From: Candidatus Woesearchaeota archaeon
Lineage (GTDB): Archaea; Nanobdellota; Nanobdellia; Woesearchaeales; JACPBV01
Length of the DNA: 64,000 nucleotides
Direction: 5' to 3'
Assembly (NCBI GenBank): GCA_016188175.1
Contig: JACPII010000002.1
Span: 4,865 to 68,864, forward strand
Positions 1 through 9,419 of the stretch are shown here, piece by piece. Below the pieces are notes generated by a model, which made no database searches, had not been told where the DNA came from, and saw only the letters and a list, made by a program, of their open reading frames with translations. The number at the start of each line of letters is the position of its first letter. Position 1 is the stretch's first letter. Position numbers and translations under genes: made by a program.

Positions 1-219
1 CCATTTTTCTAACTCTTTATTTTCTCCTCTAGGGGAGCAAGAATATGGTCCACTGCCAGCATGACAAGCAGCTTGCATCTTACACAAAGTTCTCATGAAT
101 GGACTATCCTCAGTAATTGCACCTTGGAATGGCCTGAATATAAAGAAAATGAGAAAATAAATCAAAACTATCCACCCGATTATTTTCAATGGTTTTAGAG
201 AATCTTTTTTCTTTTTCAT
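1..219 (-). CDS. Partial membrane protein: N-terminal 73 aa in window, C-terminus beyond window start. ATG at 219-217, MKKKKDSLKPLKIIGWIVLIYFLIFFIF TM helix, no stop before position 1.
   Basis: Manual translation of the minus strand at 1-219. Open to the window edge. N-terminal TM helix right after a Lys-rich n-region. Confidence 0.3.
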   Translation of the reverse strand, partial: MKKKKDSLKPLKIIGWIVLIYFLIFFIFRPFQGAITEDSPFMRTLCKMQAACHAGSGPYSCSPRGENKELEKW

Positions 220-346
220 AACCTTCCATCCATGCAGCCATAGATCAAAATAGCAAGAATAAACAATACCAGCAATAAACCCCCTTTTTTCAAACCGCTA
301 ACCCCCAATTTTTTGAATTGTACTGCTCAAACTTTAAAAAACTTCC

Positions 347-1033
347 TCAACCTTCCGACGAGTTCACTTCTACCCCATCTGAAACATTAACACTTGCATC
401 CCCACTCTCAGTTTTATTCGGCTGATTTACGTCAGAAATAATCTGGCCAAAAGAAATCCCAACAAAGTCAGCCGAACTCAGGTTATCACTATCAGTCACA
501 TTGAAATAAAACGTATGGTTGCCAATCGAGAAGTTATATCGGGTAAACAGCGTTCCATTCCCAACCACCCCATCAATAGAGGATTTCCATATAAGTGAAG
601 CATTTGTTAAAGTGCCATCTTCAAAGTCGCTATAGGAGGACCAAAAGGTAATGTTATCACCATGGGTAAAGCTTTGGGTATTTCTTGGAGAAATAATAGA
701 AGTAATGGGATATTGGGGTTCTTTAACCGTAACGACTACACTCGAAGAAACTGAGTTACCGTGGGAATCAATTACGGTTCCTGTTATGGTATGTGTTCCA
801 ATAGCCAAATTCTTATTTATTGAGTTACCAATTCCCAACGTCCCATTTATACTAGAAGTCCAAACAATAAGATTAGAGATATTCCCATCCTGCGGGTCAG
901 TTGCATTGCCAATAAAATTGGTTGTTACTTTATAGGATATCAGCTTTCCATCTTCCGGGGAAGTAATATTGATAATTGGAGTGCCCTCTTCAACCGTTAT
1001 ATTGACTTGAGCAAGACCAATTTGATCAGTCAC
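347..1033 (-). CDS. Secreted/cell-surface protein with two tandem ~95-aa Ig-like/PKD-like beta-sandwich repeats and many N-x-S/T sequons. The annotated start is GTG at 1033. An in-frame hydrophobic signal-peptide-like stretch (LGNFIYLLSLIFLFSLTGSS, 1129-1034) precedes it without an ATG/GTG/TTG.
   Basis: ORF track. Repeat pattern GTHTITGTVIDSHGNSVSSSVVVTV / GNHTFYFNVTDSDN. Manual upstream translation. Confidence 0.6.
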   Translation of the reverse strand: MTDQIGLAQVNITVEEGTPIINITSPEDGKLISYKVTTNFIGNATDPQDGNISNLIVWTSSINGTLGIGNSINKNLAIGTHTITGTVIDSHGNSVSSSVVVTVKEPQYPITSIISPRNTQSFTHGDNITFWSSYSDFEDGTLTNASLIWKSSIDGVVGNGTLFTRYNFSIGNHTFYFNVTDSDNLSSADFVGISFGQIISDVNQPNKTESGDASVNVSDGVEVNSSEG

Positions 1034-1132
1034 ATCAATCGCTTTCAGTGTAATGGTATGGTTACCGGTAGATGAACCTGTTAAAGAAAAAAGGAAGATT
1101 AAACTTAAAAGATAGATGAAATTACCCAGCTA

Positions 1133-2437
1133 CTACGAAAATTTGCCTTTTTGCTTCGCCCAACTCTTCAGCCGTAATGCATTCAGCTTAATAAATCCGA
1201 CGGCATCGGTCTGGTCATAGCCGCCCAAAACATCCATGCTTGCGACCTTTTCATGGTAAAGAGATACGGGAGATGACCTTCCCGTTATAATAACGTTTCC
1301 TTTATAGAGTTTCAGGTTTACCGTTCCCGTAACATTCTCCTGCGCCTTGTCCATGACAAGCTTCAATAGCTCAAATTCGGGCGAATACCAAAACCCATTG
1401 TAGATGAGCGAAGCAAACTTGGGGATTAAGGAATCACGGATCTGCTTCACTTCCCTGTCCATCGTCAATCCTTCAATATCAAGGTGCGCCTGCATAAGCA
1501 CTGTCCCCGCAGGGGTTTCGTAAACCCCCCTTGATTTCATCCCGACAAAGCGATTTTCGACCAGGTCAACCCGGCCAATTCCATTTTTCCCGGCAATAGT
1601 GTTAAGATAGGTAAAAAGCTTCTGAGGGTCGGTGTAAGAAAGTTTATTTGTTTTGTCAATGAGCGTCACGGGAATCCCTTTTTCAAATTTGATAGACAGT
1701 TCGGTAGCCTTATCCGGAGCTTGTTCCGGGCTTGCGGTCATCTCAAACATCTCTTCCTTCGGCTCGAACGATGGATCTTCCAAAACTCCAGCCTCATAGC
1801 TGATGTGCATCAGGTTTGCATCTGAGCTGTAAGGCTTAGCTTGGGTCGCCTTGACCGGAATCCCGTTCTGCCCGCAAAAAGCGATCATATCCTTTCTCCC
1901 TTTGAACGCTGCAAGGAATTCCTTGTCTTTCCAGGGAGCGATGATTGTTGCATCCGGCAGAAGGGTGAGATACGCAAGCTCAAAACGCACCTGGTCGTTT
2001 CCTTTTCCTGTAGCCCCATGAGAAACAAAAGTTGTTTTCTCCTTCTTGGCTATCTCAACCTGTTTTTTGGCGATCAGCGGCCTTGCAAGAGAAGTCCCCA
2101 GAAGGTATTTGCCCTCGTACACAGCATTTGCCTTAAGGGCAGTAAAAACATAATTAGTGATAAACTCTTTCTTGAGGTCCTCGACGTACACCTTCGAAGC
2201 CCCGATCTTCAATGCTTTCTCTTTTGCAGCCTTAAAGTCCTCTTGCTGCCCAAGGTCGGCGATGTAGGCAACTGCTTCAAAGCCCTTGTCGATAAGCCAT
2301 TTCAGGATGACTGAAGTATCAAGGCCACCGGAATAGGCTAGTACTACTTTTTTGTTTGAAATGCAAACCACCCTTGCTTCATTTAGAAGAAGGTTTATAT
2401 ATAAAGGTATTGACCGAGCCCGGATAGAAATAGACAT
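1133..2437 (-). CDS. argG: Argininosuccinate synthase
   Basis: [20 protein letters not shown]-loop motif, full-length ~434 aa, in an arg cluster. Ends with tandem TAG TAG. Confidence 0.95.
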   Translation of the reverse strand: MSISIRARSIPLYINLLLNEARVVCISNKKVVLAYSGGLDTSVILKWLIDKGFEAVAYIADLGQQEDFKAAKEKALKIGASKVYVEDLKKEFITNYVFTALKANAVYEGKYLLGTSLARPLIAKKQVEIAKKEKTTFVSHGATGKGNDQVRFELAYLTLLPDATIIAPWKDKEFLAAFKGRKDMIAFCGQNGIPVKATQAKPYSSDANLMHISYEAGVLEDPSFEPKEEMFEMTASPEQAPDKATELSIKFEKGIPVTLIDKTNKLSYTDPQKLFTYLNTIAGKNGIGRVDLVENRFVGMKSRGVYETPAGTVLMQAHLDIEGLTMDREVKQIRDSLIPKFASLIYNGFWYSPEFELLKLVMDKAQENVTGTVNLKLYKGNVIITGRSSPVSLYHEKVASMDVLGGYDQTDAVGFIKLNALRLKSWAKQKGKFS

Positions 2438-2456
2438 AATTGTTTAGATTAGGACA

Positions 2457-3299
2457 TTACACCAGCCCTTCCTTCTCCTCAAACCCCAGCGCCAGATTCA
2501 TATTCTGGACCGCCTGCCCTGATGCCCCCTTGACGAGATTATCCAGGACGGAAACAACAACGAGCTGGTTATTTTTGTCGATCTCAAACCCGCCGATTCG
2601 GCAAAAGTTGGTGTTCTGGACGCTTTTGATATCGGGAACCCCGTCCGTAACTATTTTTACAAAAGGCTTTCCCTCGTAATAACTCTCAAAGATTTGGATA
2701 ATCTTCTCTTTTGTCATTTTTTTTCCAAGCAGGATATGCGCCGTGCACATGATCCCCCTGAATGCCTGAAACACATGAGGCGTGAATGAGATTTTCGCCT
2801 TCAGAAACTGCTCAATCTCAGGCTTATGGCGGTGTTCGGTAAGCTTGTAGGCAACAACATTCCCCTGGAGCAGGGATGGATCCTTTGCATAAGCGCTCTC
2901 TTTCCCGGCCCCGCTCCAGCCGGAAATGCAGTCAAAGACAATGTATTTTGCAATCTTTTGGATGGGAAGCGAGCCAAGCAGGCAGGCGGTTGCATAACAG
3001 CCGGGATTTGCGATTATTCTGGCTTTCTTTATTTTCTCCCCATGCAGTTCAGGAAGCCCATACACTGCCGGATTTTTCTTGCCAGGAAATTTCGCCTGAT
3101 ATGTTGATTCGTAAGATTTTGGATGGGCAAAACGGAAGTCTGCGCTAAGGTCGATGATATGCGTGCAGGCTAGTTTCCCGGCGTACTCGAATGCAGCGGT
3201 AGGGGGGACTGCCAAGAAGATGCAATCCAGCCCCATCTTGTTTATTTCGGGAACTGAATAATTGGTGTACACCTCACTCCCCGCATATTCTGGATACAT
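2457..3299 (-). CDS. argC: N-acetyl-gamma-glutamyl-phosphate reductase (ArgC/LysY). The ORF as called is N-terminally truncated. The in-frame upstream codons (to ~3437) encode KRNVGIIGASGYTGFELIKIL (Rossmann motif) but contain no canonical start.
   Basis: ORF track plus manual translation of 3300-3476. Conserved catalytic region (NPGCYATA) in the called part. Confidence 0.85.
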   Translation of the reverse strand: MYPEYAGSEVYTNYSVPEINKMGLDCIFLAVPPTAAFEYAGKLACTHIIDLSADFRFAHPKSYESTYQAKFPGKKNPAVYGLPELHGEKIKKARIIANPGCYATACLLGSLPIQKIAKYIVFDCISGWSGAGKESAYAKDPSLLQGNVVAYKLTEHRHKPEIEQFLKAKISFTPHVFQAFRGIMCTAHILLGKKMTKEKIIQIFESYYEGKPFVKIVTDGVPDIKSVQNTNFCRIGGFEIDKNNQLVVVSVLDNLVKGASGQAVQNMNLALGFEEKEGLV

Positions 3300-3448
3300 C
3301 TCTTTTATTTTCTTCCCGGCATTGCCCGTGCTGTTAACAACTTTAAGGCTTACCCCTTTGTGTTTGGCCAGGATTTTAATAAGCTCAAAGCCCGTATATC
3401 CGGATGCCCCGATGATGCCGACGTTACGTTTTTCATTCTGCTTTCTCC

Positions 3449-3580
3449 GTATTTGTTTAGCACCTTCGAAATCCTAGACGATGAACCACAGGCGCTGCGT
3501 CCCCGTAAGGGACTTCCCCCCGCAACGCGCTCGCCGTCGATAGACAAAAGGATTTCGACCTTAGGGTGCTAAACAAATAC
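3449..3580 (+). mobile_element. Palindromic MITE-like element, family A-D copy A (TIR GTATTTGTTTAGCACC...GGTGCTAAACAAATAC, core CTGCGTCCCCGTAAGGGA). Fills the argD-argC intergenic spacer.
   Basis: Near-perfect ~40 bp terminal inverted repeats. About 90% identical in inverse orientation to 5943-6075. Confidence 0.6.
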
Positions 3581-3588
3581 CTCTCTCC

Positions 3589-4815
3589 TTATTCTGCGAC
3601 TGCCTCAAATGCCTGGTCAAGTATCTTTACGGCGATGTCCACTTCTTTCGTGCTGATGACTAGAGGCGGGAGAAAGCGCAGGTATACATCATTTACGCAG
3701 TTTACTAACAACCCGAGCTCAAGGCATTTCTCCGTAATTTTTCTATTTACGCAGTTTACTAACAACCCGAGCTCAAGGCATTTCTCCGTAATTTTTCTTC
3801 CAGGAATTTTCAATTTCATGCCAAGCATAAGCCCCATCCCGGAAACACTCTCGATGAACGGATATTTTTTCTTAAGCTGAGTGAGCTTTTCCTTGAAATA
3901 ATCCCCCGTTTTGGCTGCATTGCCCATAAGATTATGCTTCCTGATATATCCGATCGTCGCAAGCGCTGCCGCACAGCTGACGTTATTCCCGCCAAAGGTC
4001 GCTCCGTGGTCCCCGGCAGAAAAATCAATCCCTTTTTTTGCTATGCAGGCGCCAATAGGGATCCCATTTCCCAAGCCTTTCGCGGCGGTAACGATATCAG
4101 GAACAATGGCCTCGTGCTGGAAGCAAAAAAACTTTCCCGTCCTCCCATTTCCGGTCTGGACCTCATCAACGATCAGCAAAATATTGTGTTTTTTGCAGAT
4201 GCCCGAAACTTTTTTTAGGTAACCTTTTTCCGGAACTATAACCCCTGCTTCTCCCTGGATAGGCTCGATGATGGCAGCAGCGGTCTTTTCCGTAATCGCC
4301 ATTTCAATCGCACCGGCATCACCGTAAGGAACAAAAGAAAACCCGGGAACCAACGGCTCAAACTTTTTCTTAAATTTCTCTTTCCATGTCGCCGATAAGC
4401 TTCCAAAAGTCCTCCCATGGAATGCATGCTCGCAGCTTATGATGTCTGTTTTCCCGGTAAAAGCCCTTGCAAGCTTGAGCGCAGCTTCGTTCGCCTCCGT
4501 CCCCGAATTGCAGAAGAACGTTTTTTGAAGGCCCGAAAGTGCAGCAAGTTTTTTTGCCAGCTCAACCTGCGGCTTAGTGTAATAGAGATTAGTCACGTTG
4601 GTGACTTTTTTCACCTGCTGGGAAACAGCCCGAGAAACCTCAGCATTCCCGTGCCCGGCCGAAACAGTCGCAACCCCGCCGACGCAGTCAAGATATTTCT
4701 TTCCCTGGGAGTCCCAGACCCAAACCCCCTTTCCTTTTTCCAAAACAGCCGGATAACGGAGGTAACTCTGCATCAGATATTCTTTTTCCCCTTTAAATAT
4801 TGCATCCACGTCCAT
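3589..4815 (-). CDS. argD: Acetylornithine (or LysW-lysine) aminotransferase, class III PLP aminotransferase. Carries an internal in-frame 18-aa tandem duplication (RKITEKCLELGLLVNCVN x2).
   Basis: Class III aminotransferase motifs (GGVATVSAGHGN, PLP-Lys region DEVQTGNGRTG). Clustered with argC and argG. Confidence 0.9.
   Translation of the reverse strand: MDVDAIFKGEKEYLMQSYLRYPAVLEKGKGVWVWDSQGKKYLDCVGGVATVSAGHGNAEVSRAVSQQVKKVTNVTNLYYTKPQVELAKKLAALSGLQKTFFCNSGTEANEAALKLARAFTGKTDIISCEHAFHGRTFGSLSATWKEKFKKKFEPLVPGFSFVPYGDAGAIEMAITEKTAAAIIEPIQGEAGVIVPEKGYLKKVSGICKKHNILLIVDEVQTGNGRTGKFFCFQHEAIVPDIVTAAKGLGNGIPIGACIAKKGIDFSAGDHGATFGGNNVSCAAALATIGYIRKHNLMGNAAKTGDYFKEKLTQLKKKYPFIESVSGMGLMLGMKLKIPGRKITEKCLELGLLVNCVNRKITEKCLELGLLVNCVNDVYLRFLPPLVISTKEVDIAVKILDQAFEAVAE
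3691..3798. repeat. Perfect 54-bp tandem direct duplication (2 copies) inside the argD coding sequence
   Basis: 3691-3744 is identical to 3745-3798 (ATTTACGCAGTTTACTAACAACCCGAGCTCAAGGCATTTCTCCGTAATTTTTCT). Confidence 0.95.
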
Positions 4816-4897
4816 AAGGCAATTTACCCCAAAGGATTATATAAACCTATTGCCTGAAAGAAAACAACCTGGACAAGAATGTTTTTTTTGGGACAGA

Positions 4898-5902
4898 TTA
4901 AGAAAACCGCTTAAGTTCAGCAGTAACCCTTTCCTCAAAACCTTTTCCAAGGATACCATCGCCGATTGCATGAGAGAGATACTCCGAAATCGTTTTTTCC
5001 TGGACGGGAGTTAAGCCATACTCAAGCGGACGGGGGAGCTTTTTATCAGCGCCAAAAAGAACATGCATGGCATAGATTATTCCCTCGCGATACCTGCTTC
5101 CAGGATACAAAGATTGGATGGCATTCCATATGGGCAAGTTGAGGGATTGCATTTCTTGGTTATCATCCGCTGGAAGAAGTTGCAGCCTCTTAAACAAAAG
5201 AGGAACAACATTTGCCCCCGAAGGGACAAAGCCATCGCAGCCTTGTTGGGAAAAGTATAATGCATCCGTTTCACTGCCGACCCAAAGGAACTTTTGCCGC
5301 ATGTGTGCAATATGTAAAGCTTTTGAAGTATATTCTCTCGGATTTGAACTTTTCATCCCAATTATCCTGTCCAATCCCAACGCCTCAGAAAGTATACCTA
5401 GAACATACGATGTCCCGAAGAGCCTTTCAAACTCATACAATGCAATGGGCATCGTGGTTTTATCATGAACTTCTTTAACGTGATAAAGAACCTGCTCAGG
5501 TGTAAGGAAGAAATGTGGCGGAGGAGGTAAAACAGCAACATCAACCTCCCTTGTTTGTCCAAGAAATCCATCGATGTATTGGATAGTCTCCTCAGTCCCC
5601 CTTTGAGGAACACCTGCAAACACCAGCCCGTCCCGGCCCCTTCCAAGGTCTGATGCAAGCGCAATCAGCGACCTGCTCGTTCCTTCTGGCGCAACAGGCG
5701 CTGCTCCTGTCGTCGACCTTGCAAACACATGGAACCCATGAGAAAATGCCCTTTCAACAATCTCCCTTGCAACCCGGGAATCGAGCCCCTCACCGACTCT
5801 TTCCAGCGGCGTCGGAAGAGGCTGGATGATTGATGTTCCCTTTCCAAGAATTTCACGGATCTGCTCGAGAGATTTCCCCATAGGCATGGGATTAACGTTC
5901 AA
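4898..5902 (-). CDS. Dihydrodipicolinate synthase/N-acetylneuraminate lyase family class I aldolase (DapA-like)
   Basis: Schiff-base Lys region IIGMKSS and C-terminal GCDGFVPSGANVVP, matching the DapA-family pattern G-I/M-K-E/S ... GG.G..S..AN..P. Confidence 0.65.
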   Translation of the reverse strand: MNVNPMPMGKSLEQIREILGKGTSIIQPLPTPLERVGEGLDSRVAREIVERAFSHGFHVFARSTTGAAPVAPEGTSRSLIALASDLGRGRDGLVFAGVPQRGTEETIQYIDGFLGQTREVDVAVLPPPPHFFLTPEQVLYHVKEVHDKTTMPIALYEFERLFGTSYVLGILSEALGLDRIIGMKSSNPREYTSKALHIAHMRQKFLWVGSETDALYFSQQGCDGFVPSGANVVPLLFKRLQLLPADDNQEMQSLNLPIWNAIQSLYPGSRYREGIIYAMHVLFGADKKLPRPLEYGLTPVQEKTISEYLSHAIGDGILGKGFEERVTAELKRFS

Positions 5903-5942
5903 TTTTTAAGGATTATGTTTTGTAAAAAAATATCCTTTTTGT

Positions 5943-6075
5943 GTATTTGTTTAGCACCCTAAAGTCGAAATCCTTTCATCTACCGACGACGAGCGCGTCG
6001 CGGGGGGTTGTCCCTTACGGGGACGCAGCGCCTGCGGTGTATCGTCAAGGATTTCGAAGGTGCTAAACAAATACC
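5943..6075 (-). mobile_element. Palindromic MITE-like element, family A-D copy B (inverted relative to copy A)
   Basis: About 90% identity to the reverse complement of 3449-3580. Same TIRs. Confidence 0.6.
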
Positions 6076-6308
6076 TTTTTGTCAAAAACACCCCGCCCTA
6101 AAGCCCCAAAGGGATACCAGAAACGCAAAAGCGTTTCTCCGTAGGCAGGGCGTGTTTTTGAGCACTCAGAAATTGCCATCTTACTCCGGGCTAAAGCCCA
6201 GAGATTGCGATTGGCAATTTCTGTTGTTTCAATCATCTTTATTCTTACTAAAAAGTAGTTAATATATAGGAAGGTTTAAATATCCGACAAAGCTTCTGGC
6301 CGATTGCC

Positions 6309-8876
6309 ATGGGCTCCCCCCTTTCCCTTACACTGGACGACAAGCTTTCGATGCTCATTCATCGTGGATTTGATCGCCAGGAAGCGCTCGCTATTGTGGG
6401 ACAGCACCTCAAAGACAATACTTTCGACACAGGGCTGGACACCCTCTCAAGGGCGCTTGTCGTCGGAAAGGCTTTTGATAACGATGGGCATTGGAAAGGT
6501 TATATTCCTCTTGAAGATTTCAAACTTGTTCAAATTTTAGATAAAGTTGAAGGGAGGGATGGAAAGGGTTTGTATGACCAAACAGGCCGCCCAACCTCAC
6601 TTCTTCAAGAAGCCCGTGCAGGATACACAGGATTTAGGGAAAACCATCCGCAGGCAATAAAAAATGCAAAAATTGCCGCAGGGATTGCATTAGTTTTATG
6701 TGCTCAAGTAATTTCAGGTTGTGGAAATCCCCAGCAAAACAATGGCGATTCTTCCATTGATGCAGAAGCCCCTCCAGAAGCCCACTTTCCGGCTCAACTC
6801 TTACCGCCGGGCGGGGATTGGAAAACCTACCAGCTTCCGGGAATAGGTTTAGATGGGATCACTTCAGAAGAAAACCAAGCCCTTGGGCTGTTCTCATTGG
6901 TGGATACTCCCTCGCGACGAAAGATGGAAGGTGAATATCAGTATTTCATCGAGCAGTATGTTGTTAATGGCAAAGGCACAGATCATTTTCGGTTCAAGCT
7001 TTCCCATTGGGACAAAACAAAGGGCATTGAAGTTTTTGAGTTTGAGCCGCTGAATAGGGAAACCGTTGAGCGCCTGGAGCAAAAGCTCAGGGAAGAGGAA
7101 AAGAATCCCATCCCCGAGCAGCCGGGCGCCATCGGAGAAAAGAAAGAGGATGGCCAAAGTACCCGGCAGCAGGGAAATCTCCGTGACGAGGTCTTCAATC
7201 ACGGGGATGTTAAACCGGGAGAAGCAGACAAAACCAACCGGGAAGTCTTAGCTCCACATATCTATCGTGAAAGCCTCTTTAATGACCCGGGGATTATTTT
7301 AAAGGTCAGTGGCGCAATAAACGAGTTTCCTTATGATTTTTCTCCACTGGAAAGGCAAATTTCCTATGAGAAGGCGCTTAATCCGGGCCTGCCCGAGCAG
7401 CGGATAAGAAACTATTTTGGCAATCTTAGCAATAAGGTTGCCCATGCCCTGATAGGCATTTCCGGAAAGGCAACTCTGGATGATGCCGTTATAGAGCTTA
7501 AAAAAACAAGGGACGGAAAAATAGCTATAATCCGGACTATCGCCGAATCTCTCATCAGGCAAAATTGGGTTTATCGTCCGGTCGAAAAGCTTGGAGACTC
7601 ATTTAATCCAGGCCATGTCAGGGACAATTATGTTTATTCAGACTGCAATACCTGCCTCCAGGATGCATATCTTGAAGTTGCAAGGAACTTAGGGCTGCCC
7701 TTATTTTTTGTGTGTGCGCCGAATCACGCGTACGGCCTCTGGAAAGACAAGTTTCACTCAATTGAGGTTGAGGCAACAGCCTCAAGAGCAAAGAAGTACC
7801 GGGAAGAGACAGATCAAGAAGGCAATACCAAAGTAGTTGAATTGCACCAGGATGTTCCGGATTATGACCGCCTCACTTCCGCCCTTGGAACCCATCACTC
7901 CGACAGTAGGCTCACCTCCCGCGGGGAGAAGCGTGTCCAGACAGGCGCATGGTTTTCTCCCGTAACAGAAAGCCCCCATCTTGATGAGATAATCCGGCTT
8001 TCCCTAAACTCCGACAGGCTGGAAAAATTTTACCGCCAGCTTGAGGAAAACCCGATGGTAATTGCTGAGATAATGAAGATTACTGATGGAGATTCTAAGG
8101 TTGGATATAGAAGCACAAACCCATGGGTGATCGATAATGTGCATGAAAGGTTAAAGGCTGCAATTGAGGCATCTCTTGAGGTTGGAGCTCCCATCCTCGC
8201 CAGAAAGGCAACAGATTTTCTTGAAAAATATTTAAAAAAGCATAATGTCAGTTTTATGGAGGATGAAAATAATATCCCGCTCCTAAGGCGAAGGATCTAC
8301 TCATTGGAAAACCCCCGGGACCTTGCCGCGAAGCTCAACACCGTCGATGAGCGCATTTATGATGGCAGGGGCCTGCGGGAAACCCTTGAAGAAAAAAAGA
8401 AAGATTATCAGGCAAGGTATAATGCTGCCGCAAGGGCAAACAACTTTACCCCTTTTTTAGAATTTTTGGTCCAGGAAACGGGGGAGAGCGCAGCATGGGT
8501 GCCGTTGGCTGGAGTGATGGGCCAATATCTCCAGAATAACAACCCCCGGGAAGCAGACGAACTGGCTGAGAAAGGACGGAAAAAAATAACTGAAATAGTC
8601 CAGGGAATTGCGGATGAAGCTGATAAACATGATGAAGGGACACCCGAAAATGATGTTGCCAGTTATGTTGCAAATAACATTGTGAATATGCTCCTGGGAA
8701 AAAGGTTCCGTTCTGCCTTAAGAACGGGCCCATGGGAGGATTTGGGAATTCCGCAGGAAGAATGGGCTGCCTACAATAAGATTTACCGGCAATATGAAGA
8801 CTTCCAACAGACGGCTTACAACCTGTCAAGGCTCCTCGTCAGTGAGTTAAAAGTAAAATTCCAAGGCCAAGAATAA
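6309..8876 (+). CDS. Large hypothetical membrane-anchored protein (855 aa). It has a hydrophobic segment plus lipobox-like ISGC at residues ~125-140 and a possible transglutaminase-like Cys/His/Asp core (DCNTC...NHAYGLW...EVEAT).
   Basis: ORF track, long ORF with coding-like composition. The motif resemblance is only from memory. Confidence 0.55.
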   Translation: MGSPLSLTLDDKLSMLIHRGFDRQEALAIVGQHLKDNTFDTGLDTLSRALVVGKAFDNDGHWKGYIPLEDFKLVQILDKVEGRDGKGLYDQTGRPTSLLQEARAGYTGFRENHPQAIKNAKIAAGIALVLCAQVISGCGNPQQNNGDSSIDAEAPPEAHFPAQLLPPGGDWKTYQLPGIGLDGITSEENQALGLFSLVDTPSRRKMEGEYQYFIEQYVVNGKGTDHFRFKLSHWDKTKGIEVFEFEPLNRETVERLEQKLREEEKNPIPEQPGAIGEKKEDGQSTRQQGNLRDEVFNHGDVKPGEADKTNREVLAPHIYRESLFNDPGIILKVSGAINEFPYDFSPLERQISYEKALNPGLPEQRIRNYFGNLSNKVAHALIGISGKATLDDAVIELKKTRDGKIAIIRTIAESLIRQNWVYRPVEKLGDSFNPGHVRDNYVYSDCNTCLQDAYLEVARNLGLPLFFVCAPNHAYGLWKDKFHSIEVEATASRAKKYREETDQEGNTKVVELHQDVPDYDRLTSALGTHHSDSRLTSRGEKRVQTGAWFSPVTESPHLDEIIRLSLNSDRLEKFYRQLEENPMVIAEIMKITDGDSKVGYRSTNPWVIDNVHERLKAAIEASLEVGAPILARKATDFLEKYLKKHNVSFMEDENNIPLLRRRIYSLENPRDLAAKLNTVDERIYDGRGLRETLEEKKKDYQARYNAAARANNFTPFLEFLVQETGESAAWVPLAGVMGQYLQNNNPREADELAEKGRKKITEIVQGIADEADKHDEGTPENDVASYVANNIVNMLLGKRFRSALRTGPWEDLGIPQEEWAAYNKIYRQYEDFQQTAYNLSRLLVSELKVKFQGQE

Positions 8877-8912
8877 AAACAAGAATATAAACTACAAAAG
8901 ATATCGATGGGC

Positions 8913-9407
8913 TTACAGCCCGGTCTCCCCTTCATCCTGCCTATCCCTTCTGATAACTTTCACCGCATCCATCTTAACCGTAATCGGAATCGGCACGGCA
9001 GCCTCAAGGAGCTCGACGACAACTTCTTCCTTCTGCTTGTCAATCCTCGTTATCTTCGCATTTTCTCTCTTGAAAGGCCCAAGGATGATTTCTACGATAT
9101 CGTTCTTCTGGATATTCATCTCGCGCTTGACCTGCTCAAGCATATGCTCAATCTCCTTATATTTGATCGGCTGGGGCAGGATGCCTCTCGCGTAGGGGAC
9201 ATTGAACGCAGCCTGCTCAGCATCAGTCTTTGTCGCGGCCTCGATAAAGATATAGCCCCGCATCCCATGCGGCCTGATGATGCCATAAACCTCAAGCTTC
9301 TTTTTTTTAACATTGGACGTGATAAAATCCATGACCTGGTCTTCCCGGTTTGCGGTTGTCCGCAACGCAAACACCGTCTCATTTTCCTTGTTTTGCTGTT
9401 CTTCCAT
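8913..9407 (-). CDS. spt5: Transcription elongation factor Spt5 (archaeal NusG)
   Basis: NGN domain (FALRTTANREDQV) plus KOW motif (DIVEIILGPFKRENAKITRID). Conserved secE-spt5 adjacency. Confidence 0.9.
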   Translation of the reverse strand: MEEQQNKENETVFALRTTANREDQVMDFITSNVKKKKLEVYGIIRPHGMRGYIFIEAATKTDAEQAAFNVPYARGILPQPIKYKEIEHMLEQVKREMNIQKNDIVEIILGPFKRENAKITRIDKQKEEVVVELLEAAVPIPITVKMDAVKVIRRDRQDEGETGL

Positions 9408-9419
9408 GGTAGTTGTGCC

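Noticed and set aside
3566-3880. 104-aa plus-strand ORF with an internal repeat (FTQFTNNPSSRHFSVIFL x2)
   Set aside because: It is the antisense reading of the 54-bp argD duplication and of MITE copy A, an artifact of the repeat.
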